A DNA stretch of 62,407 nucleotides, the filler included, from Choristocarpus tenellus KU-1152 (lineage: Eukaryota > Protista > Phaeophyceae): assembly GCA_964200185.2 (NCBI GenBank). It is 13 parts of 13 records of this genome, joined end to end, with 100 filler letters (N's around TTAATTAATTAA, not from the genome) between each part and the next. Parts side by side here need not be neighbours in the genome. Positions count along the whole stretch, not along the records: positions 24,548 to 28,928 come from CAXNAD020014817.1; positions 29,029 to 33,705 come from CAXNAD020013501.1; positions 33,806 to 39,439 come from CAXNAD020010181.1; positions 39,540 to 44,850 come from CAXNAD020011191.1; 9 more parts are not named here. The stretch is one strand, 5' to 3'. Below, piece after piece: positions 25,621 to 39,594 of the stretch. The stretch's first letter is position 1, and each line of letters begins with the position of its first letter. Both the position numbers and the translations under genes were made by a program. Below the pieces are notes generated by a model. The model saw only the letters and a list, made by a program, of their open reading frames with translations, did not search any database and was not told where the DNA came from.

Positions 25621-27921
25621 TACTGTTTGTCACGTTTAAAGAAGTGTAGGAGGCAAGTAATTACACCGACACCTCAAAAGAGAAACGTCCCAGTCACATA
25701 TTTTAGTTACAATATAAAATATGCACCTTCAAAACATGCCAGCAACTTTCAGTTATATTATGGCTTTTGAAAAGTCGTTTTTCAGACTACAACTCAGAAC
25801 GACTCATCCGGTGTGGTTGTAATGACACCATCTCATCACAAACAAGGTCATCAAGCCCCACCATCAGTCTATGGACTTGAAGATTGGAGTTACTCAATAT
25901 CCTATCATTGTACCATTCTGGGTGCATTAGAACATGTACACTTACTTGCTAGTTCTGTGTTGATTTAATGACACCATCTCATCACAAACATGGTCATCAA
26001 CACGCACCAACAGCCTACAAACTTGAGGATTGGTGATATATAATATCTCTTAATTGTACCACTGGGTAACTCCTTGCTTAAGGAAAAAGTTCCCATTGGT
26101 ACACTAAGGGCTATTCTTTCACTTCTTTACCCACCCTGGTCTTGACAATCATCGCATGACAGGGGACCAAATGCTTTGGAGTGGCACTGTGTGGCCTCAT
26201 CCTCTATTGCTTATGTTCTATTCCTCTGCCCATCTTCCATAGTGTGACGACCTCTGGAAAAGTAGTCCTCCACCATACACACTACATACACCTTACTACT
26301 CTGGTAGTAATAGTCCACCAAACGAATATTATTTTAATATTATAACACAATTCGCACTGAACTCCTCCCCCCTTACCCCTCCTGGCAAGAAAGTGTTCAT
26401 GAGCAAAAGTAAGAAAAAGTAATCAAGTGCTTCACACATACTTTCTCTTCTTATATACCTTTTTCAATAATAAATTTAACACACCATACATACATAGTAC
26501 AAGTTGAACATACACAAAAAAAACTCCTCCATTGCTTCTTGAGGGAAATTCGACCACACTAAAAAAAAAAAAAAAAGTTCCGAGAAAGAATAAGAAAAAA
26601 AAATGGACAAGCAAAACAAACACAATAACCGACCTCAACCAATCACAACTCATCCCGCCAGACCAACCTTCATTCTCACACAGCAAGCAGTCCCTTCTTC
26701 TACCATAATGGCATCAAGGACAAACTCGAATAATACACACTTCTAACCCTAACCCTAACAGCAAACAAGTCAAAGGTGTCAACAAGCAACTACTCTCTGA
26801 AACACCCTCAAAACAGGTGTGTTACAGATGAACATATATCCCCACCCACCCGCTGTGGGGATATAATAAACAATAATAAAAAGGAAAAACTAGGACTGAA
26901 ATAGTCACACCCATAAGCAACTGTCTCACTCCACAAAATACAAACCCCAGGCCTCCATTGTGATTGCATGCCTGTTCAAGAGAGATCAACATTCCTCCTT
27001 CCAGTCTTGATAACGGTCAGAGATAAGGGACACAGATAAGTGGTGGCACATTCCAAGGCCAAGACCAAGCCCACGCAATCAAATCAACTTAAACCAAGAG
27101 TTAAAGTGATTCGTAACCCCTAACCCTATTCAAACCACATCAATTTCACACACTCTCTAAGACAGCACCACCATCGGAGGCTTTGCACCACGCCCACTCC
27201 TAACTCAAATTCATTGTAGAAGGACATGCCTCCCATATTCATGTTCCAATAAAAAACAATAAAAAACTTGGGGAAACAGCAAATAAATAGTACACCAGGA
27301 GATAGACATCAAGATTGCATCTCCTTCCTCCATCAATGGATAAAAAGTATGATAATAATACATCATCTCTCTCTCTCTCTCTCTTTCAATCTTACGCTGT
27401 CATGTACCACTCCTTTTCTCTTTTTTCAACCGTCAATTCTTGTTTTTGTTCTCTCTTCTTTTTTTTTCTCCATTTGGAAACACACCGCGATCGTTCTTAG
27501 GGTTAGGGTTAACCAAAATTAAGAAAAGAAACAAAATTGGCACCAAACACCTTTGTTTAAATAAAAAAAAGAATCTGGAAGAGATCAATCAAACATCAAA
27601 CAACCCACCTTTCGTGTTCGTGATCACGTTCAACATCAATTCAAAAGAAAAAACGCTCTTGCTGACAAGATGTCGGCACTTCATTTCACACCCAGTAAAC
27701 TAACAGTGCGTGTATGTCCCAAACAGCCTCAGACTTCAAATGTAGTAAGTGCAATATAGGCCGGTAATACTCTACTTGAGTAGTTCTCTTTTTGCAAATA
27801 GTACACCTCAAGGCACCTTCCTCCACCCTCACTTCTTCCATGCATGCACCATACTCCACACTGTCGAACGTTTCTGTTCAATTGAATGTCGAATTGAATG
27901 ACCAATTGGAAATGGAAAGAG

Positions 27922-28026
27922 TCACAACAGTGGAAAGCTCTTATGTTCGGCAACATAGGTCAAGAGGGCCTCTAATCCCACCTCATCAAACGCCTTTTGA
28001 GCCATTCGAAAGCCATCACCATACAC
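27922..28026 (-). CDS. Last exon of a DA1-like (DA1 peptidase domain) protein
   Basis: tatcag acceptor, then VYGDGFRMAQKAFDEVGLEALLTYVAEHKSFPLL*. This matches the DA1-family C-terminal pattern VYGDGFR....A....GL...L.......FP. Upstream exons not found in this contig. Confidence 0.7.
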   Translation of the reverse strand: MYGDGFRMAQKAFDEVGLEALLTYVAEHKSFPLL

Positions 28027-28875
28027 CTGATACGTTCAAACAATACCAATGTGAAGGAAGGTTAGGGCAATCATTACAAAAATCAGAATACAACTAAGAG
28101 GGGCTTAAGGAGTCTTCATGAAATATACATACAGAAGGGTGGATTTGAAGGGAGCGGGTACTCTTCCAATGATCTTAATTAAACAACCCAGTCATTCAAA
28201 TCGATCAGCTTCCACTGTGCACATCACAGACAATCAATTCACATCACAGCCCCTTGGGGATAGAAAAAAGAAAGGATAGAGAGAACAAAATCTCTGTCTT
28301 GTCATTAGTCAGAGAGTAACATACTTGTTACCTTTCAGCTGCCCCAAAACATTACATTCTACCTCTCATCTCAGATAGAGCCAGTCCAAGTCTCAGAATG
28401 AAAGTACTTTTTTTTTCTTTCTAGTATTACCAGTTTAACAAGGTACACAGTATTCCCCTCCCCTCCACTGTGGTCAAATACACCTCTTCATCTCATACAC
28501 ACAATACAAATTCCGCTCTCACTACACCACCCTTTATTACTATCATCATTGTCATTTATATTATTATTATTATTATTAAATTACATTAAAAAGAAATACT
28601 CCATTATATTTTTCAAGCAGAATACTTTCAGGTATTAAAACCAACGGTTTACCTGCACATTAAAAAAAAAGTAAACCAACACTTTCCCAAACAAACATAT
28701 TTAGTACAGTAAACCAACACTTCTATGTACTAAATATTTTTGTTTACTAAATATTTTTTTTCCTCACACTCCTCCCCCCGCCATGACTATTTTTTTTTTC
28801 CTCACCACAGACATGTCTGTCTCTATTTGGTAAGCAAAGAATGCCCTAAGCTGCTCGGTGGTTGGACCCCCTCCA

Positions 28876-28927
<52 letters not shown>

Positions 28928-30103
28928 CNNNNNNNNNNNNNNNNNNNNNNNNNNNNNNNNNNNNNNNNNNNNTTAATTAATTAANNNNNNNNNNNNNNNN
29001 NNNNNNNNNNNNNNNNNNNNNNNNNNNNCCCCCCCCACCTTGGAAATCCTTTACATTGATGGCAATGTTTCATTGCGGCTATGAGGGTACTGCACAAGAT
29101 TTATGGGAGGATGTGGAGCAACTGGTTGGATGACTGAACCCAACCCGCTAGAATACCAAGGATTGCAATAATAGACTAATGAAGCTTAAGGGAAGTGTAT
29201 TCAGAGTAGTGCAATAACAGACTAATGAGACATTGAAAAATGTTTAGTGCCTCTGACCATAGGCCAGGGTTGGGTTAGGTCAATTTGGTGGTTCCTATTC
29301 CTAGACAGACTATAGTGAGAGAAAGACTTATGCATCATAGTAGTCGAACATTGGAAGACAAACTCTGAGACCTTAATTTAGGATTCTGTGTCTAGTGTTT
29401 CAGCATGATATCATTGGGTCCTAGCACTTGGTAAACGTGTACTCAACAAAAGATAACTGAGGGTATATAATTGCAATAATCAAAATATTTTTTTACTTGT
29501 AGTACATGTGCAGCATTAGTGTTGACCTTGCTAGGGGATCAGAAATTATCCTTGTCATTGACAATAAATCCATCCTGCTTGGATAGGTAGGGGATGATTG
29601 TAGTAGATACAACTTGAGAATATGAAGTTTCAAATTGAGATAATATATAAACTGGATAATTCTGGACCTGAATTTGGTGAATATAGTTTTATCTAGCTGA
29701 GATACAAACACAGGAAGCGGTGTTTTTCATTGTTGGCACAATGTTGATTACCCTCGCACTCTTGGACCTCTGAGATAGTTTCAGTGAAACTTTATTCAAC
29801 ATGATTGTGGAGAAATCATGTCAACTGCAATTTGCAGTTACTTGCCAGCCATAGCAAGGTCGCATACACAATAATTTTTTGCACTTTACGACAGCAAATA
29901 AAATAAAATAAAAATAATGAACTTTCAAATCAACCTGAGTTGTCATATCGTGGCACATTATTCTTAGAGACTGCGGGGGTCCATAATGCATCTAATGTTG
30001 GAGAAAATGGGATGAGAACGCGCACTACATTGTTCATTCCTTTTTTTTAAAGGATCGTGTCCTCAACCAAATTCCATTTTTTTCTTTATCTCCGAGTTCA
30101 AAC

Positions 30104-32948
30104 CTGTGTCTGTTCCAACGTGGTAGACAGGAGTGAAAGGAACGCCTTACCCCCTGCAAGAGCCTCTTGCGCCCGAATCGCCTCACTGACGACCTTGTCA
30201 TTCTCGTCTGGAGACAACCCACCCATCTGCCGTGGCTGGCTTCCATCTTCTGGTAGGAATCGTGAGATTATTTCCACATTCTGTTCACCTTTCTCATTTC
30301 CTCCATCAGGCATCTCCTTTCTCCCTCTTTGTGATGGTGACAATGGACTTACACGATCAACTGGAATTCCCTCTTGCTGTCTTGTTGGCGGAAGGACTAT
30401 GCCATCCTCTACTGACCAGTGTTTGCCCTATTTGAAATTCCACCCATGAGGGGAAAGACAAGATTCGGTTCATTTTTTTGTATTGTGCTCTGAGTAAGGT
30501 GTGTTGTTACATTGGAGTCAGTGTGACTGATCCGCTCCATTTTCTTCATGGAGACAAGAAATTTATTGGAGGCTGGAAAAAGATGAAAAATGATTCCATG
30601 TAAAGTACTACCCCGGAGCTACTCTTTCTGGTAGTTGCTGCATTACGTAGGAGGCGTGCAGTGTAAACAATTCCAAACAGGATAAAATTGGACAAGCCTC
30701 AGACAAGGCTCCTGAAAGAGAAGAGAGGGCTTAGAAAGGCAAGTACATCTCAAGATACTCTCTTCAACATCCAAGACGAGATATTCCTGCATTGTTATTG
30801 GATTACCGTGACCCCTTTAGAAATAGTCCCCCCTTTTCTTCATGTGGGTCAACCACATCTAGCTGCGCTTGTCATTGCAAATGATTGTACTGCAGTAGTA
30901 TTTCAAGTCTAAATTATGGACATTGCAGGATATGGAGGGACTCAACAGCTACGAATCTTGACAACTAAAGCAAGTGAGGTGTCTGAGGCATGTCGTTTGA
31001 AGTTCTGCCACTTACGAATATTGGCCATGTGCCTTCAAGTGAGGTGATCTGATAAAAAGAATCTTTGAGTGTACGAGTTTTTCCCTGTTTGTCTGTTTGG
31101 GGCTTAGCTTCCGATGGGTTTTTCTCTAATGACATTTTCCTACTTCACGTTTTGGAGTAGGTAAAATGTATACATTATAAAGAGGTGTGTCTAAACAAGG
31201 ATATGGACACTTCCTAACAAACACGATAGCCAAAATTACATCAAAATCGTAATATTGAGTCTTGGACCCCAAATGAACGGGGCTCTACCCTCTAAGATAC
31301 TTTGGCTCATTATGACATTTTCCTACTCCAAAATATTTCGGAGTAGGTAGAATGTAGATGTTTTGAAAAGGTGTGTCCGGAACAAGGATATTGACCCTTC
31401 CTAACCAACACGATAGTCAAAATTACGTTATAATTGCAATGTTGGATTTTGGTCCCCAAATGGACCCGCCCCTACCCTCTAAGATACTTTGGACTTTGGC
31501 TCATCTGGTCACAAACCATGAATCTGCTTTAACCGTGGCTAATTCTAGGACTATGATGATTGAAGCAGTGCACCAAATGTATGACATTTGACCCAGATAT
31601 GGAAATCTTTAATCCAAGAATCAACCAAGTATCAGATAGTCTCGCCTGTAAAAGGTAATGGTCAATTGGGAAACTCAACAGATGAAGTTCGACAAGTTTG
31701 CTCAGGGCTTGGCTGGTTATGGAAAGAATATATCTCAGTCTGACTTGACCTTGTATGGAGTTGTATGCTGTCATCTATCCTTTAGAGAAAGTGAAAACAT
31801 TTTAGAGGGTACGAGTTTTGTTTTTTTCCGTTTGGGGCTTGGCTTCCCATGGGTTTTTATGACATTTTCCTACTCCAAAATGTATAGGAGTAGGTAAAAT
31901 GTATACATTATGAGAAGGTGCGTCCAGAACATGGATATTGACACTTCCTAACAAACACAATAACCAAAATTGCATCAAAATCGCAACATTGAATTTTGGC
32001 CCCCGAACGGACGCGGCTCTACCCTAACCCTAAGATACTTTCACTCACATTTCGATTCCAGGAAATCTTCAAACTGAAACATCTACTTACTTCGAAGAAG
32101 ATCATTAATCCAACAGAGCAAACAAAGCGTATTGTATTTTCAAGGTGGTAATTGGTATTGATATTGATATTGGGTTAGTTCTCAAGAGATATACCTTTCT
32201 TTAAGTTGGAATCCCCCCTTATTGGGATACTTATCCATGGATAAAAATGAGAGCACCCCTCTACCTCGCAATATGAGACAACCCAAACCTGACGACTCCC
32301 ATGGAATACGAGGGTTGTATCTAATTTATTTTCTAATTTCTCACCTTTGGGAATACTAGCTCCTCAAAATGTGCATACTTCAAGTGCCCTCCCCGGTGAT
32401 TAAAAACATGCAGAAGGGCACGAAACTGATAGCTGCTGAAGAATATGCCAACAGACACTAACGCCTGCACCGAAGAAACCCAACTCAAACAGGGGCATTA
32501 TACAGACCAGAACAGGGGGATAGCTGGTTCAGACGTTGGTGAATTTTAGAGCAGAGGATGGAATTAGGGTAGGCCATGTCTCTTAGTGTGATCTGTGGCA
32601 GTGACTGGATGGACGGATGGATGTAAGATGAAGATGAGAAAAAAAATGGAGAAAAAAAAGGAAATTTTGGAGTTGCGGGCTGGGGTTAAGCTCTTGAGGT
32701 GGATGATCCTCGGTAGGAACACATTCCCCTTATTCTTGAAGTTTTATAGTTGTTTACAACATGATGGTCAATGTGGAACGTACAATAGCTCTTCCTGTTC
32801 TAAGCAATGCAAAAACCTGAAAGTGCTTTTTGGTGTGATTGGTGTGGAAGGGGCAAAGGTGGCATGATGCAGACATATATACATACATTTAGACATACAT
32901 ACATAAATACACACACATAGCACATACATGCATACATACATTTAGACA

Positions 32949-32979
<31 letters not shown>

Positions 32980-33056
32980 CTATACATACATACATATATA
33001 CACATAGAGAGCACATACATGCATACATACATACATAATACACACACATAAGACAA

Positions 33057-33089
<33 letters not shown>

Positions 33090-33232
33090 CACACACATAT
33101 ATACATACATACATACATACACACACACACATACATACATACATACACGCACATACATATATACATGCATGCATGCGTACCTGTCTAAACTCTTCAGGAC
33201 TGATGAATCCATCTCTGTCCGTGTCAAATTCC
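30104..33232 (-). CDS. EF-hand calcium-binding protein, internal exons 33232-33181, 32464-32345 and probably 30427-30104 (partial)
   Basis: Canonical EF loop EFDTDRDGFISPEEFRQ splices in phase to ALVSVGIFFSSYQFRALLHVFNHRGGHLKYAHFEELVFPK (degenerate second EF-hand). A 324-nt open exon with AG/GT ends follows. Confidence 0.65.
31053..31501. mobile_element. MITE family B, one copy plus an adjacent partial tandem copy
   Basis: Two ends reading CTACCCTCTAAGATACTTTGG (~31285-31308 and ~31472-31493); internal CCTACT/AGTAGG hairpin in both. Confidence 0.75.
31789..32046. mobile_element. MITE family B, complete copy
   Basis: AAGTGAAAACATTTTAGAGGGTACGAG ... CTCTACCCTAACCCTAAGATACTTTCACTC. Confidence 0.8.
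32872..33175. repeat. Imperfect (CATA)n/(CA)n microsatellite, intronic
   Basis: Directly visible; it explains the low-complexity YVCM ORFs. Confidence 0.95.
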
Positions 33233-33663
33233 CTGGATTTGAGCAAGAAATGAATTATCTTTTTCAGCAGAAAACTTGTGTGCAAACAAATCCATTGAGT
33301 TGAAGAAATGGATCAACCAGGGGAGAAATGGAAGTGATCTTGATCAAATGCAATCCAAATCGTAGAGAGATTAGGACTGCACTTGATCAAACGATACTGA
33401 TCGGTTCACTTGATCAAACGATACTGATCGGTTTGGACACACATCCGGTCAAGGAAACGAACTCTTTCTTCTACCTACTACTACCCAGCAATATTTATTT
33501 TTATTTTCGGTACTACGACAAGCCAGCTGAAGGTGACAGGTTAATAACGTTTGTGAAGGTGAAGAAAAAAAAAAATAGAAAAAAAATAATGCAAGTTAAA
33601 AAATACTTTTTTTAAAAAAATCTTGGTGTATTCCCTACGACCATATTGAGGCTCAACATATCT

Positions 33664-33698
<35 letters not shown>

Positions 33699-33805
33699 AC
33701 GCACCNNNNNNNNNNNNNNNNNNNNNNNNNNNNNNNNNNNNNNNNNNNNTTAATTAATTAANNNNNNNNNNNNNNNNNNNNNNNNNNNNNNNNNNNNNNN
33801 NNNNN

Positions 33806-34072
33806 ATATATGTCTCATAAGCCTAGAGGCCAGAACGTGCTACTCCTAACTCCAAAACATACCTATATATATATACACACACACATATATGTCTCATAAG
33901 ACTCAAGTCCAGAACGTGCTACTCCTAACTCCAAAACATACCTATATATATACACACACATATATGTCTCATAAGACTCAAGTCCAGAACGTGCTACTCC
34001 TAACTCCAAAACACACCTATACATATACACACACATATATGTCTCATAACACTCAAGTCCAGAAACGTGCTC
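33806..34072. repeat. Minisatellite, ~76-78 bp unit, ~3.5 copies
   Basis: Repeated atatatgtctcataagactcaagtccagaacgtgctactcctaactccaaaacatacct(at)n(ac)n. Confidence 0.9.
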
Positions 34073-34504
34073 ACGTGACGTCCGTAACATGTGCTAAAAA
34101 TGTTTTACGAAAGTCCAACGCCATCCAAGGTTTGCCACATTACACAATGTTATCACAAAACGATTAAAATGCCACACAAATGTAAATGACCACACCCACA
34201 TAAAAAACGTACGGGTTCACGCCATTTCCAATACTCGGGCTGACAATACATAGCCTCTCACGTATATTGATAACACCAAGCAATAAAAACGTGCATCAAA
34301 TAATCAATTATTGATTATCACAACTAACCGTGCGGAGGGATGCCGTCACAAAAAAAAGGAAAAAAAAAAATGGTCTAGGATCAGCGCTCCAACAAAAACC
34401 GTGATTAGGCACTCGGTGATGCCATTGTTCTCCATCCATTCATATATTCTGTTGGAATAAAGCAACTCACAATCTTTCAGACCACTGTCCCAGACTTCAC
34501 TCCC

Positions 34505-34611
34505 GTAATTACATAAAATTATTAAATGTAATTACATAAAATTATTAAATGTAATTACATAAAATTATTAAATGTAATTACATAAAATTATTAAATGTAA
34601 TTACATAAAAT
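34505..34611. repeat. 23-bp tandem repeat, ~4.6 copies
   Basis: (gtaattacataaaattattaaat)n. Confidence 0.95.
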
Positions 34612-35295
34612 GATGGGCCCCAACAGGACTAATATTGGTCATCTGAGCCAACTACTTAATCTGCACCCTGCTTGTACAACCACAGGCCAACAAGTCCTTG
34701 CAAATCCACGGGTGACACAACCAAATAATATTTAAGCAGCTAGATCAGGAGTCTCCTAGACTTACATCCTTGTCAGATAACCTCTCAACAAGCCTCAGAG
34801 AACCCATTCTGGAAGGCTACATGATTAGAGCAAGAGTTACCCGGTTTGATGCCAGCAATGGTGCCTAGACAAAAGATGGATGTATCTAGTACTAATTCTT
34901 ATCAAAGAGGTACCTCATAACACAGGCTGCAGAATGAACAGACCTAGGAAAAATTGCGCAGCCCGTGCCTACATATACTTGCATTGGATATGCTTCCACT
35001 TCAACACGCTATCCTTCTTAGCTCAAAAATGTATAGACTAGATATTCCCCTGAGCGGTTGAACGAAAGGTGCACCTTAACTTCGCCAAATCTGGTATTTT
35101 AGGAATAGAGGACCAGTAGAGAACCTCCTCCTCTTTCCACTATCCTTATCCCGGCCTTCTGTTCACTCCCAGCCCTCACCCTTAGCTACTCCGTATCTAA
35201 CCGCTTGGCATCACAGTCCCCACAACAATCACACTCATTCCTACCCTGCTGGTCCTTGACCCTGTCACCATGTGAAAGCGGTTCCCCTCTCTTAC

Positions 35296-36062
35296 TCTGC
35301 AGAAAGCGCTCCCCGCCTCCCTGTGCTGAAGTTATCGATGGAGCGTATGGTGTTCTCTTCCAACGGTACAGCCGTTCCACCGGACGAAACACATACCACC
35401 GGCTTTCCCAGGGACACCATGTCATGAATAAAGGTTTGGAGCAGCTCATCCGTCTGCATGAGGGTCTGCGCTGTGCGTGTGCCAGGAGGGGTCAAACAGG
35501 GGTGATGGGTGAGGAAAGTAAACCGGAAAGGGTAGGTACGGTTGGGCACTGCAGTGCAAGGGGGTGACGTATGAAGATGTAAATACTGTTGGACACAACT
35601 TCAGTGGGCTCGAGGCACATTTCATGCTAGCCTCCGGACAGCACAGCCTGCTAAAGAAGGGTTCAAAAATCACAGTTTGACAACATGCTTCGAGACCTTT
35701 GAAAAGGAGCATTTGGGCATGCCTATACTGCACTGGTACATTTACCCAAGGATCTGATGCGGCCAAGAACTTTGACGGAAGCAAAACTGCATAATCCTCA
35801 TCATGGGATCATCGGGTGCCTACCATTCTACCCTCTACCACAACTACAATACCACAAAACGGTGCATGATACACTTCAAGCCATGCCTCCCACTTGACTA
35901 TTTAAAGCAGTGAAGAAAAGAAGACAACATATAATATCCAAATTGGACGATGTGCACCTCTTGAAGGTTGTCAGGTAACCGGTTTTGCTCGAAGAAGAGT
36001 TGGGCGGTTGCCAGACCGCCATCATCCTCCTTGCCCCCTTCAATAGGCGGTATTTGCGACAT
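35296..36062 (-). CDS. PPCS: Phosphopantothenate--cysteine ligase (CoaB-type), first two exons 36062-35958 and 35453-35296
   Basis: MSQIPP...[14 protein letters not shown]|TDELLQTFI...[35 protein letters not shown] contains the diagnostic SGGT.VPLE.N..R.IDNFS.G.RGA.SAE motif. Confidence 0.9.
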
Positions 36063-36431
36063 TGCCTTCCCACTCAAATCGTCCGTTCAACCAATTACCG
36101 CGCGATACCCTTGTAACCTTGCAAAGATCTGTCCACAGACAGCAAATTTGACCACAACTATTAATTAACCTGTCATCCTATTGAGGCATATTCATTGTTT
36201 ATAATGAGTGCCGCGTTTTCTTATCTCTTTCAAATCCAGTCAGCAGCAATCACTAATCATTCGTCAGTTGGTCGTTGGTTACCCACAAAAGAAATTGACG
36301 TTCCATATTATATTACCCATTGTATCATTTTGTACTTTGTACTTCCCTTGAAATTGCGAATTGCGCGTAATGAAGGTCAGGGGTCTGTGCTTGGTGTCAC
36401 CATTGGCACTAATCGGCTCTTTCCCAAGGTC

Positions 36432-37971
36432 ATGAACTCAGCACTAGGTAGAGTAACGTTTGGACAAAGAAGAGAAGGATTACCCCCGACAGGCACCTCT
36501 TTCCAGTACAGGGAAATGTCCCCTCCCTTGCATCAAGTCATGATACCCGCTAGGTCAGGTCGTCAGCTTCAGCGGTATGACGGTTCAACTAGACTGGTTG
36601 CTGGGTGCCTACCCGTCCTTCCTGATGGAAAGGTGGTCCTAGTGTGTAACAAGAGACGTGATGGGTGGATATTGCCTAAGGGTGGATGGGAATCAGATGA
36701 GACAGCAGAACAGGCAGCGGCAAGAGAAGCTTACGAAGAAGCTGGAGTAAGTGATGCAAACTGATCATGAAATCAAGTTCCTGATTGTGCACAAACGTCC
36801 CATGCACTCGACAGGTTGGCCTATACGTTTTGGTTAGGTGGTTTGAACAGGGTATCAGATTAGTTTGTGCGTGGATGTATTTTTCCAGAGAACCTTGATG
36901 TTTCCGGGTTGTACCGGAATCTATTTTTTTGTGCTCACCCTTCAGCATAGTTTCCTATTTCATGCCACAACATTCCCCGGGATTTTTTGTTCGCAAGGAA
37001 TTATCCCTAACCTGATGAACTCTTCCCCATCTCATCAACCTCGCTTGTGACCTCCCTGTATGTAGTCCACTCCCTACCCCAAAATCTTCATCGTAGGTTG
37101 TGAAGGACCACACAACAGGCGGGGACTTTTCCGTGTCTCTATGTGTGTGCTATAATCTTATGTGACGGTTATGTCAAAACTGCTGCCTCCTCAGGTCCGG
37201 GGGGCAGTGGGGCGTAGTCTAGGATCACACCACATACTAAGCTCGGCGGGGAATTCATCCAGGCTAGAGGCTTTTGTACTCCACGTATCCGAGGTATTGG
37301 ATGTCTGGCCGGAGAGTGGGAGGAGGAGAAAGATGGTGAGAAATCTTGAGGAGGATACTTAGTGCAACCATGATTACAGTCGTTGAGTCATGTTTTCTCA
37401 ATGTTTGAGTTGCAGTTCGTACAGAACGAGGGCGAATAGAACCGTCCTGATCTCAACCGTTTTAAGGTTGCACGTGTGAGATGTGAAAGAGGCCTCCACT
37501 TCAGTGGCGCACCCACTCCCATGCCTAAATTGGTGACCTTGTCCCTTTTTTGCTGCGTCTTTCTACTTGTCCTTACTGAAATAGATAAGTATGATAGGTT
37601 GTACTACTATTTAGTTCTTATTAGTGGCACAACTGTTGCTTGGTTTGGAGAACGCATTATATCTGCCTTTTTTGCAATGGTATGAAATCGATCTCACAAA
37701 TAGGCACACAATTTTCAGAGAGTATACCCACAGTCATCACCTTGGTACATCCTCTCTTGAGAGCATCTTGTGATGTCTCAAGAGCAAACCTTTCTTGTTG
37801 GATCCCTCACCCCACAGTCATACAGTTCTAACCCTCATGTTCTGGCTCTGCATCCTGGTCTCATGTGGAGTGGAGCAGGTAACCATCGAGGAGGCATTCG
37901 AGCAGGTCAATCGCCCTGAAATGGTGGCGATCTTGGAGGCTGGCAGGTCTGCCTTGCGACTGACCCACATG
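36432..37971 (+). CDS. Nudix hydrolase, diphosphoinositol-polyphosphate phosphohydrolase (DIPP)-like; exons 36432-36746, 37195-37335, 37879-37971; 3' end uncertain (possible last exon 38873-38929)
   Basis: ARSGRQLQRY...RLVAGCLP...WILPKGGWESDETAEQAAAREAYEEAG|VRG (Nudix box), then LDVWPESGRRRK. All junctions are GT-AG and phase 0. The start could be a later ATG. Confidence 0.88.
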
Positions 37972-39594
37972 GTGAGTAGTTTTATGGCACTATTTCAAAG
38001 AAACCCTCACTTGTGAGACCTCTCCTTTCTGGAGAGTGAGGAGAAGGCTCCTGAATAACTGAGACCCTGCTTGCATTGAATAAGCTTTTTAGCTCCCCTG
38101 AATCATGGTGTCCATGATAACAACCTGTGTGTGTGTGTGTATGTGTGTAGGGCACATGCTACTGTTGTTGAGTGTCTTAAATTATTCACGCATTTCCTCC
38201 CCTCACCTAGTTCCGAACAATGTTTACTGTCTTATTGGAAGCCTGTAGCACCAGTGTGTAAAGTAGAGTTTACAGTTTCGTCAGCGGATGATAAATATTT
38301 TGGCAGTACTTGTTGTGGAAGCTCCTGTTCCGTTCACAGTAGAATGGCGATTTTTTCTTGCTCTTAGTCAATATTTGTCCTGGCATGAACACAGGAGGAG
38401 CTGTTTTACTTGCCATTGTCATCCTCGTAATATTCACCACTGACCTCTGCCTCCAGATTTCCCTCTCCACCTGCTCCGTGTACTGCCTGCTTATTTGGGA
38501 TCATAAGTCAGACAAATTCCCCAACCCCTCTCCCCCACCAGCTCACCCTATCCTTACCTCTACAGGGATCATCAGCTCAACCCAAAACACTCGCACTCTG
38601 CCCACCCACCTATCCCCAAACGCCTCCCCGCCCCCAATGTATTTGTACATAATGTGAGGCGTGTTCAGGACACCGAAAAGAACGGGAGGTTACGCCGCCG
38701 TACATCCGGTAGTAACATAGGTAGCACTGGGTGGTGGAGTGGAAGGGAGGGTTGAAAATGGGTGAGGATTTGGAACCTGTTTTGTCTAGATGTTGATGTG
38801 ACTGACCTGTATTGTGAATGTTCCCTTCTTTTGTTTTACGTTTTTTTCTTGAGCATGCTGCATCACCAGCAGGCGTTAGTAAGGCCTAACCAACTCGACC
38901 ACAGGTTTGAAGTGATACAGGCAATGTGAAGGGGCAAAGGGGAGAGATCTAAGATGTTGGATTGGATACAGAGATGATAAAAATAAAAATAAAAAAATGG
39001 TGCAGTTTTTTTTTTTTGATGAATGGCAGTTAAAGAATAGAACGGAATCACCGTGTTGGTATCGGTGGAATCCCATCGCTAATCGTTAGCACAAATGTGC
39101 AAGCACATACAGGCACACATAGGTAGGCAGGCAGGCAAAACACACAGTGCATTTTTCGTTTCTCTTCTCACCTTTAAGGTGAGAGATCTGTTGTGTGTGT
39201 GTGAGTTGTGTGTATAGGAGGGGGGTGTCATTGGGCAATGCTGGGTGAACCGCTTTCCTAGCGCATTGAGACAGAGTTGGGAAAGTAAGGAAGATATAAC
39301 CCTTTCATTTCACCAGAACTGTCCGGACCAGGAAATGAAGAGCATGAATGAAGCCCTAAAGTTGATGCCCTAGGAGTGGTAGGGCATATCCATGTGGCAT
39401 GCCTCTTGTTAAGTAGGGAAGGAAGGAGTGGGGAGAGGGNNNNNNNNNNNNNNNNNNNNNNNNNNNNNNNNNNNNNNNNNNNNTTAATTAATTAANNNNN
39501 NNNNNNNNNNNNNNNNNNNNNNNNNNNNNNNNNNNNNNNAGCCTCACAAATGGACAAACAGGGAAAAATTCGTACCCTCTAAGATAGTTTCACT

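Noticed and set aside
28877-28928. Poly-C/G runs at contig ends as poly-Pro/Gly proteins or functional G-quadruplexes
   Set aside because: Homopolymers where the assembly broke, often MITE-A subtermini; lengths are unreliable.
32889-33285. YVCM-rich ORFs
   Set aside because: Translations of the (CATA)n microsatellite; only 33181-33232 is a credible exon.
33806-34072. CRISPR array
   Set aside because: Head-to-tail identical units with no unique spacers, no cas genes, eukaryotic context.
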